Shown here: positions 37,727 through 47,247 of the stretch, one piece after another
Layout of the letters: each line of letters starts with the position of its first letter
Position numbering within the stretch: the first letter of the stretch is position 1
Source: a virus
Taxonomy: Duplodnaviria > Caudoviricetes
IMG/VR virus record: IMGVR_UViG_3300032216_001476
Coordinates: 1-64,000 of that record
Strand: one strand, 5' to 3'
DNA length: 64,000 nt
The notes under the pieces: model-generated
The model's database searches: none
Told to the model about the DNA's origin: nothing
What the model saw: only the letters and a program-made list of their open reading frames with translations
Program-made: the position numbers and the translations under genes

Positions 37727-38857
37727 GTGAATAGTAAAAGAGAAGAAATTCAAAAACAAGCACTAGAAATATCTATTAAAAATAGACGTTGTGGTCTTGG
37801 TATATCAATGGGTGTCGGTAAGACTCTCATTGGTCTTAATTATATTGATCATTTTCAGAAAGCTAATATGGGTAAACTAAATATTTTAATAGTAGCACCT
37901 AAGCTTTCTATATTTGATTCATGGAAATCAGATGCACAGAAGTTTAATATAAATATAGATAATGTAAATTTTACCACTTACTTATCTTTAAATAAGTGGA
38001 ATCCTCATGCTTATGATATTTTAATATTAGACGAGTGCCATAGTTTATTAAATAGTCATCAGTTTTTTTTGACTTTGTTTACAGGAAGAATTCTTGGTCT
38101 CACTGGTACTCCTCCAAGATATCACAACTCTGAAAAGGGTATGATAGTAAACCAATATTGTCCTATTCTCTATAATTATATCACTGATAATGCAATATCA
38201 GATGAAATATTAAATGATTATAGAATAATAGTTCATAAAATGGAGCTTTCTCATAAAAATGATATGTTTATTAATCTAAAAAATAGTCAATTTTATACTT
38301 CAGAGTATAATAATTATAACTATTGGACTGATAAACTAAACAGATCAAGGAGTCCAAGAGAAAGACAAATGAATTCTATATTTAGGATGAAGTCTTTGAT
38401 GGAGTATAAAACAAAGGAAGTCTATGCAAAGTATTTACTAAATGAAATAGATCTAAAATGCATAGTGTTTTGTAATACACAAAAACAAGCAGATGATATT
38501 TGCAATTATTCTTATCATTCTAAAAACGCAGAGAGTGAACAAAATCTTCAGTTATTTAAAGAAGATAAAATTATGAAACTCTCTTGTGTTTTACAGCTTA
38601 ATGAAGGTGTAAATATACCAAACTTAGAATCAGGTATTATAATGCACTCATATGGTAATGAGCGTAAGAGTTCTCAAAGAATAGGTAGATTACTTAGATT
38701 AAATCCAGAGAATACATCAACAATACATATACTATGTTATAAAGATACTGTTGATGAACACTGGATTCAAGAAGCACTCAAAGACCTAGATTCAAATAAA
38801 ATTAAATACTTTGATGTAAAAATTCCTACTAACAATGAATCATCACTTTACAGGTAA
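37727..38857 (+). CDS. SF2 DExH helicase
   Basis: MGVGKT, DECH, LTGT, LNEGVNIP, QRIGRLLR. Confidence 0.9.
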   Translation: MNSKREEIQKQALEISIKNRRCGLGISMGVGKTLIGLNYIDHFQKANMGKLNILIVAPKLSIFDSWKSDAQKFNINIDNVNFTTYLSLNKWNPHAYDILILDECHSLLNSHQFFLTLFTGRILGLTGTPPRYHNSEKGMIVNQYCPILYNYITDNAISDEILNDYRIIVHKMELSHKNDMFINLKNSQFYTSEYNNYNYWTDKLNRSRSPRERQMNSIFRMKSLMEYKTKEVYAKYLLNEIDLKCIVFCNTQKQADDICNYSYHSKNAESEQNLQLFKEDKIMKLSCVLQLNEGVNIPNLESGIIMHSYGNERKSSQRIGRLLRLNPENTSTIHILCYKDTVDEHWIQEALKDLDSNKIKYFDVKIPTNNESSLYR

Positions 38858-39230
38858 GTTTGTTAAACGTAATGGAGCACTTCATCCTTATTCATTAAGT
38901 ATATTGAAACAACAAGAATTGTTTGTATCAAATATACCCGATGGTAGTATAGTGGAAACTTTCTATGAAATACAACATGACGATGGTACTCTTCCTCAAT
39001 TAGCTAAGTTGCATGTTATGATAAAACAACTGTCTACACACATTGGTGAAACAGTTGAAAACATGAAACTCTTAGTAAAAGATAGAGCAGGTCTTTGTAT
39101 AGCCAGAGAAGTATCTGGTAAAGAGTATTTCTTAGCAAAAAGTTTTGGTGAATGTTCTAAAGAAGAACTATCATTAGCCATACAAGCTGCTATTGAAATA
39201 GGTGAAACAGTTAATTACCCTCTATATTAG
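38835..39230 (+). CDS. NinB-like protein
   Basis: TLPQLAKLH..I..L....G.T...MK...K...KSF..CSKEELS. Confidence 0.5.
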   Translation: MNHHFTGKFVKRNGALHPYSLSILKQQELFVSNIPDGSIVETFYEIQHDDGTLPQLAKLHVMIKQLSTHIGETVENMKLLVKDRAGLCIAREVSGKEYFLAKSFGECSKEELSLAIQAAIEIGETVNYPLY

Positions 39231-39492
39231 ACTCGTCTACTTCTACTATTTGATCAGTTTCTTTTGCAATCTCTTCAATTCTTGTTAATAGTCTAACTAC
39301 ATTTATAGAATTAATAGCCCACGGTTCTGTGGGTTCTTTTTTTTCATCTATACATTTAGTTAATTCACTAATTTCTTCTGAAGTTCTTGAACCCAAGACC
39401 ATAAATAACAAAGATTGAAGAGATTGTATCATACCTGCTCCAATAGTAACTGTTATTTCAGCATCTTTCTTAATCATTGCAATTTTAGACAT
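39211..39492 (-). CDS. Isolated inverted hypothetical gene
   Basis: Fills the gap between plus-strand genes; own TACTTTTG promoter just upstream. Confidence 0.65.
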   Translation of the reverse strand: MSKIAMIKKDAEITVTIGAGMIQSLQSLLFMVLGSRTSEEISELTKCIDEKKEPTEPWAINSINVVRLLTRIEEIAKETDQIVEVDESNIEGN

Positions 39493-39526
39493 GTAAATGT
39501 ATTTCTAACAAAAGTAAATAACAATT

Positions 39527-40222
39527 ATGGATTCTGATAATATAGAGTATATTAAAACAAAATTTATAGAAAAGTTATGTGTTTCTAAATGGGATGTCAA
39601 ACTTAGATCTTTTATACAAAGTTCTGATTTTGAACAAGTTATAAATAAATTAGAAGATGAAACAAAAGCAGGTAAAAGATTTACTCCTGCTTTGAAGTAT
39701 GTATTCTCAGCTTTTGAGAATTGTCCTATTGATAAATTAAAAGTGGTAATAATTGGACAAGATCCATATCCACAAATTAATGTAGCAGATGGTATAGCAT
39801 TTTCTTGTAGTAGAGTTGATAAACCACAACCAAGCTTAGTAAAAATATTAGAAAGTATTGAAGACACTCAGATTAAAGATAATGACTTAAAACCTTGGGC
39901 AAATCAAGGTGTGTTATTACTTAATTCAGCTTTCACTTGTGAAATAGGGAAACCAGGTACTCATTATGATATTTGGCATCCCTTTATGATGTACATATTA
40001 GATATGATATGTTATACTAATTCAGGAATAATATTCATACTATTAGGTAAAAAAGCACAAGAATTAGAAAGTTATATTACACCTGCACATTATATACTAA
40101 AAGCAAGTCATCCTGCATCTGCTGCTTATACCAAACAAAATTGGGATAACAATGATGTATTTAATAAAGCTAATAGTATAATTGAAAAAAACAACGGGTC
40201 AGATTACAAAATTAAATGGTAA
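39527..40222 (+). CDS. ung: Uracil-DNA glycosylase (family 1)
   Basis: VVIIGQDPY, GIAFS, WANQGVLLLN, HPAS. Confidence 0.92.
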   Translation: MDSDNIEYIKTKFIEKLCVSKWDVKLRSFIQSSDFEQVINKLEDETKAGKRFTPALKYVFSAFENCPIDKLKVVIIGQDPYPQINVADGIAFSCSRVDKPQPSLVKILESIEDTQIKDNDLKPWANQGVLLLNSAFTCEIGKPGTHYDIWHPFMMYILDMICYTNSGIIFILLGKKAQELESYITPAHYILKASHPASAAYTKQNWDNNDVFNKANSIIEKNNGSDYKIKW

Positions 40223-40650
40223 TGAATAACTATTATTTTACGTTTGGTCAAAATCATACATTACTAGATGGTTATCCTATGTGTGACCATTGGATACATG
40301 TAAAAGCTTTTGACTATAGTAGAGCTAGAGAAGTATTTATTAAAGAGTTTGCATCTCAATATCTAGAAGCTAATGATAAATGGGGTTTTCAATATGATGA
40401 TAGCAACTTTCATCCAGAGTATTTTCCTAAAGGAATGTATATATTTATAGCTGATATTCACGCTGATAAACAATTATGGTGGGGTTATGTAAATATAAAT
40501 GGTAGCATTTATGTTAAACGTTTTTATGATTTAAGAGACCTTCAAGAAGCTCGTCAAAGTCAATTTGTAAAAAGAGTATACGGTCCTTTTGAAGTAGTTA
40601 ATGCAGACGAAGCATTAGAAATAATAAAAAAAGAACATTATCAAGATTAA
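40216..40650 (+). CDS. Hypothetical protein (apparent fusion of two small phage domains)
   Basis: YYFTFGQNH domain plus WWGY...VKRF...GPFE domain. Confidence 0.6.
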   Translation: MVMNNYYFTFGQNHTLLDGYPMCDHWIHVKAFDYSRAREVFIKEFASQYLEANDKWGFQYDDSNFHPEYFPKGMYIFIADIHADKQLWWGYVNINGSIYVKRFYDLRDLQEARQSQFVKRVYGPFEVVNADEALEIIKKEHYQD

Positions 40651-40670
40651 AAACAAATAAACAGTTAAAC

Positions 40671-40991
40671 ATGGCAGTAAACAAAGTAGACCTTTATGTG
40701 TCTCAAATTTTGGAAGATCTCAACAATGGTATGACATGGTTGAAAAAAGATGATTTGGGATACGGATCAATCGAGAGTAAGTACAATGCAAAAGAACAAC
40801 AAATTGCAGTAATTAGAAAACACCCTAAACTTAAAGATGCTGAAACAACTGTAACCATCTTTAATATTATTGATGACACCAAGCAAGAATTAGTAGAAGC
40901 ACCTATTGTAAAAACTGAAGTGGTAAAACAACCTGAATTAGTACAAGAAACAACATCTGTAGATGATTTTTCAGCATTCCAAGAACTTTAA
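40671..40991 (+). CDS. Hypothetical protein preceding AAA+/vWA pair
   Basis: ILEDLNNG...KY...HPKLK, acidic tail. Confidence 0.7.
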   Translation: MAVNKVDLYVSQILEDLNNGMTWLKKDDLGYGSIESKYNAKEQQIAVIRKHPKLKDAETTVTIFNIIDDTKQELVEAPIVKTEVVKQPELVQETTSVDDFSAFQEL

Positions 40992-41015
40992 TAATTAATA
41001 AGTAAAAAAGCAAAA

Positions 41016-42116
41016 ATGGCAACTATTAAAACTGCACTTAAGAAAACAGCAAACGATGTAAGAACTATTGAAACTTCTTTGATTAATAAAGAAGAAGTAT
41101 TTAAAATGCTCGCATTAGCAGAAGCAACACGTCTTCCATGTTTATTAGTTGGTGCTCCTGGTACAGCAAAAACTAAAACTGTAATCGAATATGCAAAAGC
41201 ATGGTTAAACAAAGATGGTAAAATGAGTGCAGAAGATTTTGCTAACAAAATCTATATTCTAGAAACTGATGAAGGTACCAAAGCATCAGAAATTAAGGGT
41301 ATGCCAGATATTTCTAAATTATTCACAGAGAATAAGTATGAACTATCTACCCCTATTGCAGAAGCTGAAATTGTTATTATTAACGAGGTGGATAAAGCAT
41401 CATCTGCTATTCGTAATGCTATGTTAGGTGTTATGAACGAGAGATTTTTGTTTAACGGTAAACATAAGATTCCTTGTAAGTGGAAACTCTTTATTGCAAC
41501 TTGTAATGAAATTCCTAAAGAAGAAGCTAATTCTCCTTTCTGGGATAGATTTATGTTGAAACATACAGTTAATCGTGTATCTGCAGGTGAATTAACCAAA
41601 TATTATACAAAGGGTGCTCGTGAATATCGTGAGAAATTCAACATCAACATCCCCTCTAAAGATGAAATGAATCAAATTGTTATACCTGTTAACAAGCTTG
41701 AGAAATATCTTGAAGTGGGTTATAGTCATTGTTCAGATCGTACTCTCACTTTTGTACCCACTCTTTCAAAAGCAGTAACATATGTGTGGAATGTAAGTAT
41801 TGATAAAGCACTTGTAAAAACTGCCCAGATCATGATATCTCAAACTGCCGGTTCTGAGCTTCAGAATAAGCTGATGAGTCAGGAAGTTAAAACTGTTATG
41901 AGTAAGGTTGATATGTTACAAAGTTATAAGACTAACGATCAACTGGAGTTGGCAATTGGAGAAATTGAGAGTTTAATTAATGCATATACACAAAGAAACC
42001 AAATGGACGAAAGTCAAGTACAAGAAATAGAGATGTCTATATCTTATGTTCTTGATAATCATCCTGCAAGAAAAGAAAAACAGCTCACAGATGAGCAACT
42101 TGAGTCTTTGATGTAA
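41016..42116 (+). CDS. MoxR/RavA-like AAA+ ATPase
   Basis: LLVGAPGTAKT, IINEVDKA, ATCNEIP, FWDRF. Confidence 0.88.
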   Translation: MATIKTALKKTANDVRTIETSLINKEEVFKMLALAEATRLPCLLVGAPGTAKTKTVIEYAKAWLNKDGKMSAEDFANKIYILETDEGTKASEIKGMPDISKLFTENKYELSTPIAEAEIVIINEVDKASSAIRNAMLGVMNERFLFNGKHKIPCKWKLFIATCNEIPKEEANSPFWDRFMLKHTVNRVSAGELTKYYTKGAREYREKFNINIPSKDEMNQIVIPVNKLEKYLEVGYSHCSDRTLTFVPTLSKAVTYVWNVSIDKALVKTAQIMISQTAGSELQNKLMSQEVKTVMSKVDMLQSYKTNDQLELAIGEIESLINAYTQRNQMDESQVQEIEMSISYVLDNHPARKEKQLTDEQLESLM

Positions 42117-42184
42117 AATAGATTTTCAAACAATTAATGTATGGAGAGATTAATTTCTCTCCATATATTATAATAACTCTTATT

Positions 42185-43666
42185 ATGAAACAATATAAAA
42201 ACGTTTATACAATCCTTGAGAAAGTAAAAAAGGGAGAAATTCAGTCTTATTATAAAGAAAAAGATGGTCTTTTCTCTAAAGTTAATTTTTACAAAAAGAC
42301 AGACCTTGTAAAACCTTACATGCACTATATAGATGAAAAAAATTTAAGTAAAATAGTACATTCTTATATTAAAGATGGTAATGTAGTAAGCTCTTTTCTT
42401 AAAAATATACCAAGTAATAAAAGTATTGATCCATCTGATTTTTTATCTAAAGTATTAGATACATTTAGAAACTTTCCTGAAAGCTTACAAAGGGATATAT
42501 TTAAAATGTTTTATCACAAAATAGATAATATTGATTTTGAGGATAGAACTGATAAAAATAATACACAGTATAAATTTATAGAGAAATCTAATAATCCTGT
42601 TTCTAAGATTATGACTCAAGAGAGTCTTCTGAAATCTTCTATGTTTACTAGAGAACTAATTTCTCAGTATTGCATGAAATTAGCCTATTTAAATATAGTT
42701 GATCCAGAGCAACATAAAAATATGATGAATGATCTTAATTCTAATAACGATCCTACATCAAATGATATAGAAAAGTCTTTTGATCAAATGATTAGTAGTA
42801 CAGGTGGATCTAAAACTATAGATCAAGCATTACAAAGAGCTACTAATATCTGTAATAAATTAGATCAATCTATTCCTGAAGATCTTCAAGATAAGCTTTT
42901 TGATAATGCAACTGAACATAGCAATAACTTAAATGCTGCAAATATTACAATTGATAATATCAACAACATAGGAGATTCAATTCTTTCTATAAAAATGTCT
43001 ACGAATGGAATTAAAAACATTCTTAAGAAACTATTAGATAGAACTGTAAATCAGTTTTCTGCAAAACCATATCCTATATATGAAGATTTGTTTAATAGTG
43101 ATAATGTTGCAAATCTAGATGATTATATAGCTCTTCATCCTAAACTTAGAAAGATTATGGCTGAAGATATATTAATCAAGGATAATAAGTATATGGGTAA
43201 GATTAATATATATGTTGATATTAGTGGTTCAATGTCTGATTATTGTGGTATTACGAATCCTGCTACTCAAAAAAGTATGAGTAAAATAGACTTTGCTAAG
43301 TCTTTTATAGCAGAAATGACTAAACAAAATCTACTAAATAATATATACAGTTTTGATACTCTTGTAAGACCTGTCAAAAATGATATTATCAATATAGCTT
43401 TGTTAGGTACAGGAGGTGGTACCAGAATTGATTGTACTATAAACCACATTATCAATCATACTCATTGTAATAGTATTATATTAACTGATGCAGAAGATTG
43501 TTGCAGTATGTATAGTGAAAAAGCATTTTTTATTGGTGTAAAAGGTGCTAAATTTAATCATTTTAATTTACAAGTTTTGAAACAATACTCTGAGAATCAA
43601 CAACTTATAGTATTTGATGGAACTAAAATATCAAGTGTTGATGAAACTGGTAAAATAAAAAAATAA
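42185..43666 (+). CDS. vWA-domain protein (ViaA-like partner)
   Basis: MIDAS YVDISGSMS, GGGT, ILTDAED; likely start MKQYK at 42185. Confidence 0.85.
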   Translation: MKQYKNVYTILEKVKKGEIQSYYKEKDGLFSKVNFYKKTDLVKPYMHYIDEKNLSKIVHSYIKDGNVVSSFLKNIPSNKSIDPSDFLSKVLDTFRNFPESLQRDIFKMFYHKIDNIDFEDRTDKNNTQYKFIEKSNNPVSKIMTQESLLKSSMFTRELISQYCMKLAYLNIVDPEQHKNMMNDLNSNNDPTSNDIEKSFDQMISSTGGSKTIDQALQRATNICNKLDQSIPEDLQDKLFDNATEHSNNLNAANITIDNINNIGDSILSIKMSTNGIKNILKKLLDRTVNQFSAKPYPIYEDLFNSDNVANLDDYIALHPKLRKIMAEDILIKDNKYMGKINIYVDISGSMSDYCGITNPATQKSMSKIDFAKSFIAEMTKQNLLNNIYSFDTLVRPVKNDIINIALLGTGGGTRIDCTINHIINHTHCNSIILTDAEDCCSMYSEKAFFIGVKGAKFNHFNLQVLKQYSENQQLIVFDGTKISSVDETGKIKK

Positions 43667-43697
43667 AAAAAAGGGAGTATATTTTTACTCCCTTTTT
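43667..43697. terminator. Bidirectional terminator
   Basis: AAAAAGGGAGTA/TACTCCCTTTTT between convergent genes. Confidence 0.8.
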
Positions 43698-43825
43698 CAT
43701 CTACCTTGTCCCCTATATTTACTTACTGGTTTATCTTTTGGTCCTTTTACTTTAGCAGCTTTGCCACCTTTTCTCCTACCAAATGATATTTTTCTTGAAC
43801 TATCTGATTTTGTTGATTTTGCCAT
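43697..43825 (-). CDS. 42-aa basic peptide ending YRGQGR
   Basis: Manual translation MAKSTKSDSSRKISFGRRKGGKAAKVKGPKDKPVSKYRGQGR. Confidence 0.7.
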   Translation of the reverse strand: MAKSTKSDSSRKISFGRRKGGKAAKVKGPKDKPVSKYRGQGR

Positions 43826-43842
43826 TTTATATTGATTTTGGG

Positions 43843-44370
43843 TTAAGCTTCATTTTCTGATAGTTTACCATTTGAAGATAAAAATATTTTTCTAATATTA
43901 GATGGCTGACTAGTATAATTTGGTCTTCTAGCTTGTGTCATTCTCATCTTTGATATTCTTACAACACTTACTTGATTACCCTGATTACCACCTAATACAT
44001 GATATGCGGTGGAATCTTCACCAACATAAAAACCTACGTGACCTCCTTCTGGACGAGTAAAAGTTAGTATATCACCTAACATAGGTTCTGCTACTACATT
44101 ACCAAACTTTCTCCAGTTAAGTGCCCACAGTGGATCTTTTACTGGTTCTCTACCTGATCTTAGTATACAAACTGCAACAAACAAACCACACCAAGGTATT
44201 TCATCTGATTTATAAACAGAATCTAAGTTTAGTTCTTTTGCCCATCCAAGTATTACAGGATTGTGTTTTGGTCCTACTATTTCAGTGGTACCAAACAGTT
44301 CTATTGCTTTGAGTAGGTGACGAGGAGCTGTTTCTTGTTGTAACCAGCTGTACGATTTTGGTAAGTTCAT
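43843..44370 (-). CDS. Endolysin, TIGR02594/NlpC-P60-like peptidase
   Basis: DEIPWCGLFV, GGHVGFY, VLGGNQ; likely start MNLPK at 44370. Confidence 0.88.
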   Translation of the reverse strand: MNLPKSYSWLQQETAPRHLLKAIELFGTTEIVGPKHNPVILGWAKELNLDSVYKSDEIPWCGLFVAVCILRSGREPVKDPLWALNWRKFGNVVAEPMLGDILTFTRPEGGHVGFYVGEDSTAYHVLGGNQGNQVSVVRISKMRMTQARRPNYTSQPSNIRKIFLSSNGKLSENEA

Positions 44371-44374
44371 TGGT

Positions 44375-44710
44375 TTATTTTTTAAATATTTTACTATAAA
44401 AGAATACAAAAACAATATTCCATTCTACTCCATATAGTATAAAATAAGTTAAAGAAAATGGTTGTTTATTAAATAGTATAGCTAAAACTAGTGATACAAT
44501 CATTGCTGACTTACATAAATGCCATGCATCTAATTTATATCCTCCTATTTTTTTAGCATATTTCCAAGATGTACGTTTATACCAAAAACGCTCATTTAGA
44601 TTTCTGAATACACTACTATAAAAATTTTCATTTTCTAGTATATCCATCATTGCATTAAAAATGGCGGCTACTCCTATAAATATAAATGTTACCATAATTT
44701 CAGTTTCCAA
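44375..44710 (-). CDS. Membrane protein in lysis cassette
   Basis: Three TM segments, DAWHL.K motif. Confidence 0.65.
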   Translation of the reverse strand: METEIMVTFIFIGVAAIFNAMMDILENENFYSSVFRNLNERFWYKRTSWKYAKKIGGYKLDAWHLCKSAMIVSLVLAILFNKQPFSLTYFILYGVEWNIVFVFFYSKIFKK

Positions 44711-45327
44711 TAACTCTGTACTCCATATATAAGTTGACCATTTATACCTATACCTACATTAGCACCATATAAATGATCTTTCTTATCTAAATAAAGTATA
44801 CCTGATTGTAATCCTTGTGTATACAAAGAACCTCCTACAAATAGCTTAGAAACAGGAGGTAAAGTGACAGTTTTAGTCACAACAGGATATTTTAACGAGT
44901 AAGAGTAACTTCTAGACTGTATCTTATTATTAAAAACAGTATCAATAGTTTTAACATATCCTATTGAATCTATCTTTAAACTATCTTTTGTTATATTTTT
45001 AGACATATAAGCAGTGAGTAGTTCATTATACTGCTTAATTAATCCCACATAAGATGTGTCAGGAAGGTATTGTGTATCTCTTGAGGTTATTATAACAGGA
45101 ATTGTTTCTGTTATAGTGGGTTTTGAGTAGATTGTAGTATCATGGCTAACCCAAACTGTATCATGTACAACACTAGGTTGTTCTACTTTTGTTGATTTTT
45201 TATTATAAATCTCTATTAAAATTACAGCTAAAAGTAATAACACAATGAGATTCAATATGTTACGCCAAATACTACTAAATAGTGGTTGTCTGTTTAAAGT
45301 ATCCATTCTTTTTTTTTGGATTTTCAA
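44689..45327 (-). CDS. Spanin-like protein (TM anchor plus beta C-terminus); start uncertain
   Basis: TM helix, repeated HDT/DT motifs, terminal YWKL beta strand. Confidence 0.55.
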   Translation of the reverse strand: MKIQKKRMDTLNRQPLFSSIWRNILNLIVLLLLAVILIEIYNKKSTKVEQPSVVHDTVWVSHDTTIYSKPTITETIPVIITSRDTQYLPDTSYVGLIKQYNELLTAYMSKNITKDSLKIDSIGYVKTIDTVFNNKIQSRSYSYSLKYPVVTKTVTLPPVSKLFVGGSLYTQGLQSGILYLDKKDHLYGANVGIGINGQLIYGVQSYWKLKLW

Positions 45328-45598
45328 TAATTATATCAGATTTATAAAACGCAATGGGTTTTTGTGGTATATTTGGCAAGTTATTACTACTTGTTTCACC
45401 CATAAAAACCTTTGTATTTAAATTTTCAATTTGTTTTTCCAAATTATCAATACGTGTTTTATCTGTTGCAGACTGAGCTATTAATGCTTTTACATCTGAT
45501 TTTATTTCATTTACATCCTGCCATATTACGGCAGCTAACAAGCTAATAACTGAAGGAAATAACCATATCTTGATATTTTCTATCGCAGTACGTGTCAT
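45275..45598 (-). CDS. Holin/antiholin-like protein
   Basis: N-terminal TM plus coiled coil. Confidence 0.5.
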   Translation of the reverse strand: MTRTAIENIKIWLFPSVISLLAAVIWQDVNEIKSDVKALIAQSATDKTRIDNLEKQIENLNTKVFMGETSSNNLPNIPQKPIAFYKSDIIIENPKKKNGYFKQTTTI

Positions 45599-45628
45599 TT
45601 GTAAAAACGTTAAAAGTGTTTGAAGAAA

Positions 45629-45898
45629 TTAGGCTATTTTAAATTCGTAATAAAGTCCAGTTGCAGGAGCTTTTGTACCTATAAAAAGTGAGTTAGGTAT
45701 AATACTTCCGTCTGCTTTTCTACGAACAAAAAACCTAAATCCCTTTGGATGCACTTTAGATGAAACTACGTTTTGTGCGGGAATAGTTACTATATTAGCT
45801 GGTTTAGGAACAGAAGAATAAGATGTAGCCATCATGGTACCAGGAATAGGATAACCATATTTGTCTTCTTGAGCGTAATAAGTTAATGTTACAGGCAT
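45629..45898 (-). CDS. Hypothetical (possible virion) protein
   Basis: Internal duplication YY..D..G.PIPGT / FF......GSIIPNS. Confidence 0.65.
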   Translation of the reverse strand: MPVTLTYYAQEDKYGYPIPGTMMATSYSSVPKPANIVTIPAQNVVSSKVHPKGFRFFVRRKADGSIIPNSLFIGTKAPATGLYYEFKIA

Positions 45899-45959
45899 CT
45901 TAAAAAAAATAAAGAATTATAAATATTATTTATGTAGATCTTTGAAACAATCTACAATA

Positions 45960-45995
45960 TAATATACTGAAAAATGATCAGTTTACATATATTTG
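45960..45995. promoter_or_regulatory. Back-to-back promoters: late GTATATTA (-) and Bacteroidota-type TATATTTG (+)
   Basis: Motifs at 45960-45967 and 45988-45995 between divergent genes. Confidence 0.6.
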
Positions 45996-46016
45996 TTAAT
46001 AAAACTTATAAAGTTT

Positions 46017-46505
46017 ATGAATGTAAAAGATTATTCAAGTACCATAAAATTAAATATGGTTAACAAATTCAAAAGTGAATTCTTTAAAAAATTTAACTAC
46101 TACCCCACTGTAATTGTAAATTGTGAAATCAGAAGACAATATTTGTCTATTATAAATTTAGAACAATTAAAAAAAGCTTTTGAACCATTCTTACCTGTTA
46201 TTGGAAAAAAGAAATATCTTCTTGAAACCAGTTCTAGAAAAAGAGAAATTGTAGAGTTAAGAGCTATATATTGTTTTTTTGCTAAAAAAATGGGTTATTC
46301 ATTGAAAACCATTGCTTTAAGTGTTAATAAAAGTGACCATACTACTATCATCCATAATCTAAAACTTTTTGACAATCTTATAAACTACTCCGATAGTTTC
46401 CTAAATAAGTATAATGTAATATTTGAACATATTAAACAACAAAATGTAGATTATAATGAGTCACCAACTATGGACAGTAGCGATACGATGGAACATCAGT
46501 CCTAA
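46017..46505 (+). CDS. DnaA C-terminal (domain IV) HTH protein
   Basis: SRKREIVELRAIYCFFAKKMGYSLKTIA....KSDHTTIIH; ATG 46017 preferred over TTG 45993. Confidence 0.8.
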   Translation: MNVKDYSSTIKLNMVNKFKSEFFKKFNYYPTVIVNCEIRRQYLSIINLEQLKKAFEPFLPVIGKKKYLLETSSRKREIVELRAIYCFFAKKMGYSLKTIALSVNKSDHTTIIHNLKLFDNLINYSDSFLNKYNVIFEHIKQQNVDYNESPTMDSSDTMEHQS

Positions 46506-47022
46506 TCAGTTATATTTTTTAGATTGTTGTAGGAGTAAAATAAAACCTACAAACATTATTAATGAAAATGCTGAAATACTAATTTCAAAAAACAAAAATC
46601 TCTTAACAGAAGACAATCAACTCACTCCAAAAGCAATAGCTATTCTAGATGAGTTTGAAATGTATCTTGCCAAAAGAAAGAAAAAAGTTACAGAATTAGT
46701 ATTAGGAGAAGATTTCTTAGAAAAAGTAAAAGAATATAGAGAACTCTTTCCCTTAAAAAGATTACCCTCTGGTGAGTTAGCAAGACAATCTGTAAATGAA
46801 TTAAAAGATAAGTTTGTATGGTTTTTCAAAACATATCCTGAATATACTTGGGAACTTGTTTTAGATGCCACACATTATTATTTACATCTAAAAAGCTTAG
46901 ATGAATTCAGATTTACTGTTACTAGTAGTTATTTTATAAAGAAAACTAACATTACTACAAAAGAACAAATGTCCAAACTTGCAGATTATTGTCAATTATT
47001 ACTAGATGATGAATCAATTTAA
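46456..47022 (+). CDS. Conserved replication-module protein
   Basis: YRELFP..RLPSG..AR...SYFIKK; upstream of DnaB. Confidence 0.55.
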   Translation: MSHQLWTVAIRWNISPNQLYFLDCCRSKIKPTNIINENAEILISKNKNLLTEDNQLTPKAIAILDEFEMYLAKRKKKVTELVLGEDFLEKVKEYRELFPLKRLPSGELARQSVNELKDKFVWFFKTYPEYTWELVLDATHYYLHLKSLDEFRFTVTSSYFIKKTNITTKEQMSKLADYCQLLLDDESI

Positions 47023-47032
47023 TTCACAATTT

Positions 47033-47064
47033 TTTGATATTGTCAATAATAAATAATAAATTTG
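47033..47064 (+). promoter_or_regulatory. Bacteroidota sigma-70 type promoter
   Basis: TTTG-N20-TAAATTTG. Confidence 0.6.
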
Positions 47065-47247
47065 ATGAACAATGAGCCAGTAAGTCATGATGAAATAGTA
47101 AAAAAGCTATTTTTAGAAATGACATCTCCCACAGAAGACAATGAATTAAGAACAATTTCATTTACTACATTTAAAAAAATTATTGATAATATGATGGACA
47201 AAGCATATTATTATGGACTTTCTCACGCTTCAACCCAAAATATTTAA
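47062..47247 (+). CDS. Hypothetical protein
   Basis: Coupled to DnaB start. Confidence 0.5.
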   Translation: MMNNEPVSHDEIVKKLFLEMTSPTEDNELRTISFTTFKKIIDNMMDKAYYYGLSHASTQNI

